Sequence record: PP496440.1
DNA length: 64,000 bases
Reading direction: 5' to 3' (one strand)
The notes under the pieces are model-generated. The model worked only from the letters and a program-made list of their open reading frames with translations, was not told the DNA's origin and ran no database searches. Shown here piece after piece: positions 43,789 through 52,131 of the stretch. Within the stretch, counting starts at the first letter, position 1; each line of letters begins with the position of its first letter. The translations under genes and the position numbers were made by a program.

Positions 43789-44994
43789 ATGAGCGTTATC
43801 ATCCCCACCGTAGCGATGGAGAGTGGTCAGCCAGACATGATCATTCCGGGTTGTGCGACACCTACCCCGGTCAAGTCTTCCAAGAAGCTGTACGAACGTG
43901 AAGACTTGATGGCGTACGACAGCGAGTCGGAGCATTGGCAGAAGCAGCTGGCCCGCCGCTACGCTCACCATGGTGAGATGGTCGGTGTGTTGAACAACGT
44001 CGAGGTGGTGCCGGAAGCCACCTATCAGAACTTCGACATGAAGATCACCCCGTACACCGCGCAGTTGATGGACCAGAACGACCCCAACTGCCCGATCCGT
44101 CTGCAGTACATGCCGACCAACAAAGAGCTGGAGTCGATTCAGCGTGAAGAGACCATGCACAACGAGCTGGGCGAGGAAGAGGACACCATCCCCGGTACCT
44201 CGGTCGTGCACCGCTACCCGCGTCGCGTCTTGTTCCTGACCACTACCCAATGCGCCAGCTTCTGCCGTTACTGCACCCGTGCACGCATCGTCTCCCACGG
44301 CGGCGAAGCGGCGATCACCAAGAAGCACCTTGACGCCAGCATCGACTACATCGCTGGGAACAAGGACATCGAAGACGTGCTGCTGTCCGGCGGTGACCCG
44401 TTCATCCTGCCAGACAACAAGCTCGACGAGATTCTCGGTCGTATCCGCGCCGAGGCACCTCACGTTCGCTTCCTGCGTATCGGTAGCCGACTGCCGGTAC
44501 AGATGCCGACCCGTATCACTCCAGAGCTGTGCGAGATTCTGGAACGCCACAACGTCAACATGGTCAACATCCATGTGAACCATCCGAAAGAAGTGACCCC
44601 TCTGCTGGCCTCCCGGATGAAGATGTTGCGCAAAGCGGGAGTCATGCTGGGCAATCAGGCGGTCCTGCTGAAAGGCGTGAACGACTCCATCGAGGTGATG
44701 ACCGAGCTGTGCTTGCGCATGGTCGAGATGGGTGTGCGTCCGTACTACGTCTACTCCAACGATCCGGTGGCCCAGGCCGCACACTTCACCGTGTCGCTGA
44801 AAGAGATGCTGAATATCAACGAGGGTATGCGTGGCTTCCTGTCTGGCCCGGCTATGCCAACCTTCGTGGTAGACGGCGTGGGTGGCTTGGGCAAGATGCC
44901 GGTGCAGAAAGAGTACGTCGGCTTCGATAAGAACGGCGGTATCTTCGCCCAGAACTTCGAAGGGAAAACGGCCCGCATGCCCCATCTGGAATAA
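43789..44994 (+). CDS. kamA: lysine 2,3-aminomutase (KamA family radical SAM/PLP enzyme)
   Basis: HRYPRRVL, CASFCRYCTR (CxxxCxxC), LSGGDP, RIGSR, HVNHPKE, NQAVLLKGVND, RPYY, FVVDGVGGLGKMP (PLP Lys), NFEG. Confidence 0.93.
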   Translation: MSVIIPTVAMESGQPDMIIPGCATPTPVKSSKKLYEREDLMAYDSESEHWQKQLARRYAHHGEMVGVLNNVEVVPEATYQNFDMKITPYTAQLMDQNDPNCPIRLQYMPTNKELESIQREETMHNELGEEEDTIPGTSVVHRYPRRVLFLTTTQCASFCRYCTRARIVSHGGEAAITKKHLDASIDYIAGNKDIEDVLLSGGDPFILPDNKLDEILGRIRAEAPHVRFLRIGSRLPVQMPTRITPELCEILERHNVNMVNIHVNHPKEVTPLLASRMKMLRKAGVMLGNQAVLLKGVNDSIEVMTELCLRMVEMGVRPYYVYSNDPVAQAAHFTVSLKEMLNINEGMRGFLSGPAMPTFVVDGVGGLGKMPVQKEYVGFDKNGGIFAQNFEGKTARMPHLE

Positions 44995-45145
44995 GCGTTC
45001 CCAGACACTCCCTAGTTCCATTGTACAAGCTTCAAATGCCCCATTTGCGCTAGGTCCTGTAAATGGGGTTGCTTATCAGCGTTGCAATGTGTTACGCTGG
45101 ATTGGACCCATTTTATTCCGATAACCGAAACCCCGAGGTATCACC

Positions 45146-45577
45146 ATGAGCTTCACAGTAACCGTAGCTGCACAGACCATCGCTGCCCCTGAGTCGCTGG
45201 GTAGCCCGAAAGGCATCAGCGTCCTCGAAGCCAACGAAGGCTTTGCTGTCATCGAATTCCAACGTCCTCGCGCCTCGAAGCGTGACCAGATTGCCGTCCC
45301 TCGCGTCCAGATCCTTTCCCTGAGCCACGGCAGCGCCGACGGCGACAGCGGTTACCTGATCGCTCAAGGCATGGCCGGTGTGGCCGACGAATTCGAAGCC
45401 GCAAGCTTCACCATCGAAGGCAACGTTGCCACGTTCGTGACCGCTGAAGGCGCCACTATCGAAACCGACGCACGTCTGACCCGTATCCTCGCTTACGGCG
45501 TGGAAGAGGGCGAAAACAGCCTGCTGGGTAAGCCGGAAAAGAAAGTAAAACCGAAAGCAAGCACCAAGAAGAAGTAA
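45146..45577 (+). CDS. hypothetical highly expressed protein with Lys-rich tail (143 aa)
   Basis: GAGG SD, strongly biased codons, own terminator. Confidence 0.7.
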   Translation: MSFTVTVAAQTIAAPESLGSPKGISVLEANEGFAVIEFQRPRASKRDQIAVPRVQILSLSHGSADGDSGYLIAQGMAGVADEFEAASFTIEGNVATFVTAEGATIETDARLTRILAYGVEEGENSLLGKPEKKVKPKASTKKK

Positions 45578-45606
45578 TCAACACGGCCCGCGCCGGTTGA
45601 ACTAAG

Positions 45607-45638
45607 AAAAAGCCCCTTCCGTTTGGTTGGGGCTTTTT
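45607..45638 (+). terminator. intrinsic terminator
   Basis: AAAAAGCCCC...GGGGCTTTTT. Confidence 0.8.
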
Positions 45639-45657
45639 CGTTATACCGAGGTGTCCC

Positions 45658-45978
45658 ATGGCTAAAGACAGATTCCTGATCTACTCCAAAAACTGCTTAG
45701 GGTGTAAACACCTCGTTGATGGAGCCAAGAAGACCTACACTGCGTGTCACTACAGTGAAGGCAACGAACGCTGCCCCGCGCAGTACGTCCAGATTATTAC
45801 GGGTGTGGATATCCATGCCTTGGCTACTGAGTTGGCAGACGCCATCAGGGCTAACAATTCCAAGAAGTACGATCGGGTGAATGCCAAGATCGGTAAATTG
45901 GACACTGTGATTGCCAGTAGTGTGAAGCTGGCCGCAGACAACCTAATAGCAGGGGCCGGTGATGGCGAAGGTAAATAG
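45658..45978 (+). CDS. hypothetical Cys-containing protein (106 aa)
   Basis: GAGG SD; CLGCKH...CH...C; overlaps the topoisomerase start. Confidence 0.6.
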   Translation: MAKDRFLIYSKNCLGCKHLVDGAKKTYTACHYSEGNERCPAQYVQIITGVDIHALATELADAIRANNSKKYDRVNAKIGKLDTVIASSVKLAADNLIAGAGDGEGK

Positions 45979-47932
45979 TAAGCAGGAAGGTTACAGCGCC
46001 GACAGCGTTCGGGCATTGACCGGTCTGGAAGTAATCCGCAACAACATCTCTATGTACATCGGGTCCACTGACTCTGACGCACTGTTCACTCTGGCTCGCG
46101 AACCGTTGGATAACGCGGTGGATGAGGCGCTGGCTGGTCGTAACGATGAAGTGTTCTTCCGTGCACACGGCACATGGAAAGGTTCAGCGTTCACGCCGAC
46201 CGTCATGCTGATCGCAGACAACGGCACCGGCATCCCGATTGAGAAGCCGAAGGGTGAGACGCGTTCCGCACTGGAGATCGTGACCAGTCACGTGCACGGT
46301 GGCGGCAAGTTCAAAGACGCAGGCGCATACGCTGCATCGATTGGTACGCACGGCGTTGGTATCAAGGCAACCAACGCCCTGTCCTCCTCGTTCTCGGCGT
46401 ACACGTTCCGCAACAAGAAGTGGCACGTGATTCACTACAAAGATTCCAAGTTGGTCAAGCCGCCAGCGGAAGCCAGCGCACTAGAACTGAAGTCGCTGTG
46501 GGGTGAGCTGGGTGAGACCCGGAAGCGCGGCACCGTCATTCGCTTCTCTCCAGACTACAGCTTCTTCGACAAGGGCTCGTTCCTGTCCATTGCGGACCTG
46601 ACCCACTGGTTCGAGCTGCGCGCCTACTTCAACTCAGGCATCAAGTTCCGCATGGAGTATTCCCAGTCCAAGAAGGAAGACTTCAAGGTACTGGAGTTCT
46701 ACCACGATGATGGTCTGAACGACTACATGAAGATGCGCTTGAAGGAACTCAAGTGTGAGCTGATGACCGACAACCACTTCTCGGTCCACACGCCGCATCT
46801 TGACGTGATCCTCGCATTCAGTGACGCCGATGGCTGCAAGGTGGACAGCTACACCAACACCATGTACAACTCTGTAGGCGGCAACCACCAGCGCTCCACG
46901 TTCAACATGATCTCCGACGCGCTGGCGCCGTACGCAGGCAAGCACGACTTCCACAAGGACGACATTCGGGAAGGTGTGGTCGGCCTGATCAACTTCAAGA
47001 TCGACACGCCGAAGTTCGCCAGTCAGACCAAGGAACGTTTGGCTGACCCCCGCTTTGAGATCCTGTGCACCGAGGAACTGGAGCAAGCACTCGCCAAGTT
47101 CTTCAAGAAGAACAAGGAGCTGGCACAGCAACTCTGTGAGCGTGCGGCTCGACTGCGTAGTCTCAAGGAGCAGTTCAGCCTGACCAAGAAGGCAGCTGGC
47201 GCCCTCAAGAAGATGCGCACTGGTTCCAACCTCCTGCCGGGTAAGCTGACCGAGGTGAAGGAATGCCCGGTAGCTGAACGTGAACTGTTCACAGTGGAAG
47301 GTGACTCCGCTGCAGGTACTGCCAAGTCCGCCCGGATGAAGAGCCCGTATCGCTATCAGGAGACGTTGGCCCTCAAGGGTAAGATCCTGAACGTGATCAA
47401 GGAAGTCCAGAAGGGTAAGGGTGACGCTATCTGGGATTCCGTGGAGGTGCAGTGCATCTTGGTGTCCATGGGCTACAAGCCGGAATCCAAAGATCCTCTC
47501 AAGGACTTGCGCATCGGCAAGTTCATCATCATGGCAGACGCCGACGATGACGGTGCCCACATCGCCATGCTGCAGATCGCCCTGATCGCCAAGTTCTTGC
47601 CCGCCATGTTCGACATGGGCATGGTGTACATCGCTGACCTGCCGAAGCGCATGGTGACAATCAAGGAGAAGGGTCGGGACAAGATGTACTTCGGCAACAC
47701 GGTCGATGAAATCCAAAAGCAGATCCCTCATATCAAGAACCCACCTATAGTGTACCTGAAAGGGCTGGGTGAGATGAGTGAAAACGCTTTGCGTGAGACG
47801 GCGTTCGACCCGGCCACCCGCAAGCTGATAAAGATCATGCCCGCGTCTGCCAGTGAACTGCTGGACATCGACCGACTCATGGGCGTAGATACGAGCGAGC
47901 GTAAGCGCTTGCTGGGCATCGAGTCGGAATAA
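45962..47932 (+). CDS. gyrB: type IIA DNA topoisomerase ATPase/TOPRIM subunit (GyrB/ParE-like)
   Basis: MYIGS, EPLDNAVDE, DNGTGIP, GGKF, GTHGVG, EGDSA, LKGKILNV, DADDDGAHI, YLKGLGEM. Confidence 0.93.
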   Translation: MAKVNSKQEGYSADSVRALTGLEVIRNNISMYIGSTDSDALFTLAREPLDNAVDEALAGRNDEVFFRAHGTWKGSAFTPTVMLIADNGTGIPIEKPKGETRSALEIVTSHVHGGGKFKDAGAYAASIGTHGVGIKATNALSSSFSAYTFRNKKWHVIHYKDSKLVKPPAEASALELKSLWGELGETRKRGTVIRFSPDYSFFDKGSFLSIADLTHWFELRAYFNSGIKFRMEYSQSKKEDFKVLEFYHDDGLNDYMKMRLKELKCELMTDNHFSVHTPHLDVILAFSDADGCKVDSYTNTMYNSVGGNHQRSTFNMISDALAPYAGKHDFHKDDIREGVVGLINFKIDTPKFASQTKERLADPRFEILCTEELEQALAKFFKKNKELAQQLCERAARLRSLKEQFSLTKKAAGALKKMRTGSNLLPGKLTEVKECPVAERELFTVEGDSAAGTAKSARMKSPYRYQETLALKGKILNVIKEVQKGKGDAIWDSVEVQCILVSMGYKPESKDPLKDLRIGKFIIMADADDDGAHIAMLQIALIAKFLPAMFDMGMVYIADLPKRMVTIKEKGRDKMYFGNTVDEIQKQIPHIKNPPIVYLKGLGEMSENALRETAFDPATRKLIKIMPASASELLDIDRLMGVDTSERKRLLGIESE

Positions 47933-48017
47933 TCCGCCCCATTGCATACCCCGATCCGTTGCGCCCCGCCTGGAGCGTTATACGCGGTCGGGTAAATGCG
48001 GGGTAGTGAGGTGAGTC

Positions 48018-48233
48018 ATGCGCAATACAACGATGAAGTCGGTCAAGTGCACGACGTGCAAAGGTGAGGGATTCACGGTGGACACGTCTCGGTCCAAAGG
48101 ATCGATGGATGAACAGATCAACAAGTGCTACACGTGCAAAGGTGAGAAAGTAGTAATCGTCAAGATTGTTGATCCGTCCCCGGAAGATCAAGTCAATCCG
48201 TACGCTGCCCTATACGAACAGGATAAGAAGTAA
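48018..48233 (+). CDS. small DnaJ-type zinc-finger protein
   Basis: CTTCKGEG and CYTCKGEK (CxxCxGxG/K repeats). Confidence 0.65.
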   Translation: MRNTTMKSVKCTTCKGEGFTVDTSRSKGSMDEQINKCYTCKGEKVVIVKIVDPSPEDQVNPYAALYEQDKK

Positions 48234-49741
48234 TGGCGAAGGTAATCAGCAAAACGAAACTGGCCAAGGCTAAAAGTGGTATCGCGGCTGACCTGAACAT
48301 TCGGGAAGTACCTCTTCTGGAATGGTCCATTGATGCCTACATCGGCACGTACGCCACTATGACGTTGGCAGACCGAGCCATCCCGGACATGTACGATGGC
48401 CTGATGCCGTCCGAGCGTCGAGCCATCTGGGCTGCTCACGTAGTAGGGGCTACCCCGGACAAGAAGTTCATGAAGTCGGCCCGTGTGGTAGGTGACATGA
48501 TCGGTAAGTTCCACCCCCACGGTGATACCTCAGCGTACGGCACCGTGGTTAAGAGCGTGAAGCACGTGAGCAATCCGTACTTCCTCGGCCAAGGTAACTG
48601 GGGTACGTTCGAAGATCCGAAGGGTTTCGCAGCAATGCGATACACCGAGACGAAGTTGTCCAAGTACGCCATGCAGGTGTTGCTGGACAGTGATTACCTC
48701 GCGGTCACCGAGATGATCCCCAACTATGACGGATCGCTGGAAGAACCCTTCATCCTGCCCGCACTGCTCCCCAACCTGCTGCTCAATGGTTCCTATGGTG
48801 TGGCGACAGGTGCCACCACCTACTGCCCCTCATTTGAAGCGGAAGGCGTAATCACGCTGATCCAGAAGCTGCTGAAAGGTCGTAAGCTGAAAGCCCGCGA
48901 CTGCATGGCTAGCCTGGTGTTCGACAATCCGTACGGCGGCTACGCGGTCATTGATGAAGACGATGAAGAGAGTACGGAGGAACTGGTCGCCCTATTCGAA
49001 GGTGGGCAAGGCCGGGTCTACTACTCTTGCGATTACGAGCTGCTGGAAGATGAGCATGCCGCGTACATCCGAGGCTTCGTCCCCTATCAGTCGATCCTCA
49101 AGGGTGTTGAGAAGATCGCGGAGGACGAACGGGTCGCCAGCATTATTGATGACTCAGATATTGATGACGATGGAAAAGGGTTCATTGCCTACAAGATCAT
49201 TTTCAAGCGCAGCGTCAGCAAGATGATGTTGCAGGAAGTGGCGGATGATGTTCTGAGTGTCTTCGACAAGATGCAGAACTTCAAGATGAACGTCAACGAA
49301 CGGGCCTGGAACGAGTACGAAGGAAAGGCCGACTGTAAATTCGGGATGATGGGCGTCGTCGGTATCCTCGAGAAGTGGGTCGCATGGCGACTGGCGTTGG
49401 AACAACGCTATCTGGAGTACAAGACCACAAGGCTGGAACAACGTAACTGGTCGCTTGACCTGTTGATCCTCGCGGGCAACTCCATTGACATCATCGCTGC
49501 TGGCCTGAAGCGTGACGACACCGAAGACTACATCAAGTCCAAGTTGAAGATCGATGACGATCAGGTGGCCTACATCCTTGAACGTAAGGTGGCCCAACTC
49601 AAGAAGCTTAATCAGGACAAGTTGAAGGCAGAGCACAAAGCCAACTTGGCCCAGATGAAGCTGAACAAGGAGTGGATCAAGACTCCAGAGGTTCCTGTGG
49701 CGGCACAACTAAAAGACTTCGCCAAGACACTGGCTGAGTAA
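48233..49741 (+). CDS. gyrA: type IIA DNA topoisomerase breakage-reunion subunit (GyrA/ParC-like, no CTD)
   Basis: DRAIPDMYDGL, KSARVVGDMIGKFHPHGD, GQGNWG, AAMRYTE (catalytic Tyr); ends at 502 aa. Confidence 0.92.
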   Translation: MAKVISKTKLAKAKSGIAADLNIREVPLLEWSIDAYIGTYATMTLADRAIPDMYDGLMPSERRAIWAAHVVGATPDKKFMKSARVVGDMIGKFHPHGDTSAYGTVVKSVKHVSNPYFLGQGNWGTFEDPKGFAAMRYTETKLSKYAMQVLLDSDYLAVTEMIPNYDGSLEEPFILPALLPNLLLNGSYGVATGATTYCPSFEAEGVITLIQKLLKGRKLKARDCMASLVFDNPYGGYAVIDEDDEESTEELVALFEGGQGRVYYSCDYELLEDEHAAYIRGFVPYQSILKGVEKIAEDERVASIIDDSDIDDDGKGFIAYKIIFKRSVSKMMLQEVADDVLSVFDKMQNFKMNVNERAWNEYEGKADCKFGMMGVVGILEKWVAWRLALEQRYLEYKTTRLEQRNWSLDLLILAGNSIDIIAAGLKRDDTEDYIKSKLKIDDDQVAYILERKVAQLKKLNQDKLKAEHKANLAQMKLNKEWIKTPEVPVAAQLKDFAKTLAE

Positions 49742-49768
49742 CCCAATCCGAAACATGAGGCACATCCC

Positions 49769-50461
49769 ATGGCGAGCACGATGGGCATTAAAGAAGCACA
49801 AGAGATACTGGGGCTGGAACCGGGCGCTGACCTTGCCGATGTCAAAAAGGCCGTACGCAAGCTGTGTCAGAAGTTCCACCCGGACAAGGAAGGCGGCGAC
49901 CCTGAGATGTTCCGGCGTGTACGGGAAGCTGGGGAGGTGCTGGAAGAAATTCTGGCGGATCACGACATCATCCCGAACGAGGAATATCTGGACGCGCTCA
50001 ACTACGTCATCACCATGCTCGGCCAGAAGTACGTGGCGGCTGAGATGAACGGGATGAATGCCCGGCGTCGTGTCGCGATCAAGATGACCAACGACGTGTT
50101 CAGCTTCCACAACCTGCAGCAAGCGGCTTTCGCAGCGGCAGCACCACCCAGTGCAGAGTCCTACGTGTTGAACGAACTCGAACAAGAGATCAAAGTCAAC
50201 ATCGATGAGTTCGACGCCTCAATCGAACGGCACTCCGTTCAGGGTAAAGGGCTACGAATGCTGATGCAGAACATGCGGGCGCCTAAGATGGCGTACTCCG
50301 TGTGGCAAGACGCTCGGGACTCCTTGGCGCAGGCCATTCGCCAGCAACGCAACAACATCCGCATGGCTAAGCTCAGGTTGCAAGCACTGGAAGAGTTCGA
50401 AGCCATCCAGCACAAGCGTAAGCAGGAAGCCATTCGTCTGGCCCATGGGGTGCGCTCATGA
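49769..50461 (+). CDS. J-domain (DnaJ-like) protein
   Basis: AQEILGL...VKKAVRKLCQKFHPDKEGGDPEMFRRVREAGEVL (HPD motif). Confidence 0.85.
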   Translation: MASTMGIKEAQEILGLEPGADLADVKKAVRKLCQKFHPDKEGGDPEMFRRVREAGEVLEEILADHDIIPNEEYLDALNYVITMLGQKYVAAEMNGMNARRRVAIKMTNDVFSFHNLQQAAFAAAAPPSAESYVLNELEQEIKVNIDEFDASIERHSVQGKGLRMLMQNMRAPKMAYSVWQDARDSLAQAIRQQRNNIRMAKLRLQALEEFEAIQHKRKQEAIRLAHGVRS

Positions 50462-51069
50462 TCTCGGAGCAAATGTTGCACTGGTTGAAGACCTCCGCCC
50501 CGTGGAAGCCCGTGCTGATCGTGGACATCGACGGTGTGATCTTGAACAACGAACATCGCCTGCATCACATCGTGCACACGGTGGACGGCGTTCAGGTGAA
50601 CCGTACGGATGCGGACTGGGAGGCCTTCCATGCCAAAGGCTCCATGGATACGCCGGGCGCGGCAGCAGCGTTCATTGAGGCATCTTACAACACGTTCACC
50701 CCGATCTTCGTTACGGCCCGTGTGGCCTTTGGTGAGCAGCGCAAGCACGTGCACGATATGCTGGTTAAGACGTTGCCCAAGGTCAAGGACATCAACTGGC
50801 GTACAGGTTGCCCGTCCAAGGATGAGATCTTCCCGTTGTTCATGCGCGCGCCCAACGAGAACTGGGACACACAGAAGGTGGGCGGTGGGGACGCCATCGT
50901 GCACCACTCTGATTACAAGCGAGTGGCAATCCAGTGGCTTCGGGCTCAAGGTATAAATCCCATGGCGGGTCTGGATGACTCCCTTACCATTTGCAAGATG
51001 TTCGCGGAGGAAGGCCTCCTGAGCTTGCGAGTTCACAACCACGTAGCAGACGCGGCGCTGATGCGCTGA
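50458..51069 (+). CDS. HAD-family phosphatase resembling the 3'-phosphatase domain of T4 PseT (PNK)
   Basis: IVDIDGV (DxD), IFVTARV, LFMR, YK, GLDD. Confidence 0.75.
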   Translation: MISEQMLHWLKTSAPWKPVLIVDIDGVILNNEHRLHHIVHTVDGVQVNRTDADWEAFHAKGSMDTPGAAAAFIEASYNTFTPIFVTARVAFGEQRKHVHDMLVKTLPKVKDINWRTGCPSKDEIFPLFMRAPNENWDTQKVGGGDAIVHHSDYKRVAIQWLRAQGINPMAGLDDSLTICKMFAEEGLLSLRVHNHVADAALMR

Positions 51070-51079
51070 GGATAAGAAC

Positions 51080-51352
51080 ATGAAGACTGAACAAGAAATG
51101 CAGCGCGCCAAGGTTTCCCACTCGATGGCCGCGCTTCTTAACGATGCCGTCGGTGGATCGATAGGACCTTCGTTGCGTGACCTGGGCAATGCGGTCATGG
51201 GTAAACCGAAACACAAGCGCAAGGTGATGAACCGATCGATCAAGCGGGTCAACGCCATCGTCTCCAAACACGGCGTGTGTCCAAAGGTGCTGGCGCCGGT
51301 CCGCTTCGTGTCGTCCAAGAAGGACGTGTTCAAACTGGCTAAGATCAAATAG
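51080..51352 (+). CDS. hypothetical basic protein (90 aa)
   Basis: SD GAGGA; clean ORF. Confidence 0.55.
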   Translation: MKTEQEMQRAKVSHSMAALLNDAVGGSIGPSLRDLGNAVMGKPKHKRKVMNRSIKRVNAIVSKHGVCPKVLAPVRFVSSKKDVFKLAKIK

Positions 51353-51375
51353 ATCTGCTAATCGAGGGCAAGACC

Positions 51376-51516
51376 ATGAATGACTATCCCGTGTATCCGT
51401 ACCACTCTGCACAGGCCATTGACTTCCGCAAGAACTTCGCAGAGGCGCGTGCCGCTGGACTCCCTGAGTTCACGTGGGAAGGTCGACGCTATACCACCAA
51501 GCGCGCAGACGATTAA
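51376..51516 (+). CDS. 46-aa protein with F..A.ARxxG..xFTWxGxxYTT motif
   Basis: MNDYPVYPYHSAQAIDFRKNFAEARAAGLPEFTWEGRRYTTKRADD; GAGGG SD; not in track. Confidence 0.6.
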   Translation: MNDYPVYPYHSAQAIDFRKNFAEARAAGLPEFTWEGRRYTTKRADD

Positions 51517-51518
51517 AC

Positions 51519-51546
51519 CAATGCCCGGCCTAACCGTCGGGCATTG
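51519..51546 (+). terminator. hairpin with CCTAACCG loop
   Basis: CAATGCCCG-GCCTAACCGT-CGGGCATTG. Confidence 0.6.
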
Positions 51547-51553
51547 TTGCCTG

Positions 51554-51583
51554 TTGACATCCCGCTTCGACGTGTGGCATACT
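51554..51583 (+). promoter_or_regulatory. sigma70-type promoter (extended -10)
   Basis: TTGACA-N18-CATACT with TGn. Confidence 0.7.
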
Positions 51584-51652
51584 GGCACCATGGGGCTACC
51601 ATGGCCCCGGAAATGCTGGACCGACCAGCCACTGTCCTAAGAGGAATGCACC

Positions 51653-52075
51653 ATGTCCAAGCCCGTACCGACCCTGTTCATGAAGGCCCCGTTCGAACTC
51701 ATCTGGGGCAAGCCGGAAGCCGACTACGAACTGCCTGGCTCTCCGTTTGACGGCATCAACGTCAAAGGCAATGACTACGCTGCCAGCGCACAAGATCTGA
51801 TGCTGCTGCACACGATGGTCGATGACTGGGCCTTCGTTCGCTTCACCGTGTTCGGCTTCGAGTTGACTCTGGATCAGATGCTGATGCTTTGCTGGTGGGA
51901 AGACAAGTGCCCGGCACACTGGTCAATGGCAGAGCATGTGGACAATCCCCAGGTTAATACTGCCAGTCATAATGAGGCAACTCTCGCCCAGCGCTGTGCC
52001 CAGATTCTTTCAGTGGCATTGGGTAGCGCGGGAAATTGCATTCTTGATATCGAGTCAAATCCCAGCAAGGTCTAA
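51653..52075 (+). CDS. hypothetical early protein (140 aa)
   Basis: Conserved leader plus GAGGAA. Confidence 0.65.
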   Translation: MSKPVPTLFMKAPFELIWGKPEADYELPGSPFDGINVKGNDYAASAQDLMLLHTMVDDWAFVRFTVFGFELTLDQMLMLCWWEDKCPAHWSMAEHVDNPQVNTASHNEATLAQRCAQILSVALGSAGNCILDIESNPSKV

Positions 52076-52131
52076 TTCACACACGGACCTTTCGGGGTCC
52101 GTTCACTTTCTGTCCCAAAGAGGAATGCAAC

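Noticed and set aside
43789-44994. EF-P beta-lysylation (EpmB/EpmA) or N-acetyl-beta-lysine osmolyte (AblAB) pathway
   Set aside because: No EpmA (LysRS-like) or EF-P gene; the sequence is KamA-type. The neighbouring GNAT-fold proteins look ATE/Fem-like rather than like a single AblB, and neither pathway explains the ATP-grasp, QueC or methyltransferase genes.
43714-47947. Long minus-strand ORFs 43714..45021 and 46634..47947
   Set aside because: Shadows of kamA and the topoisomerase gene; no recognisable motifs.
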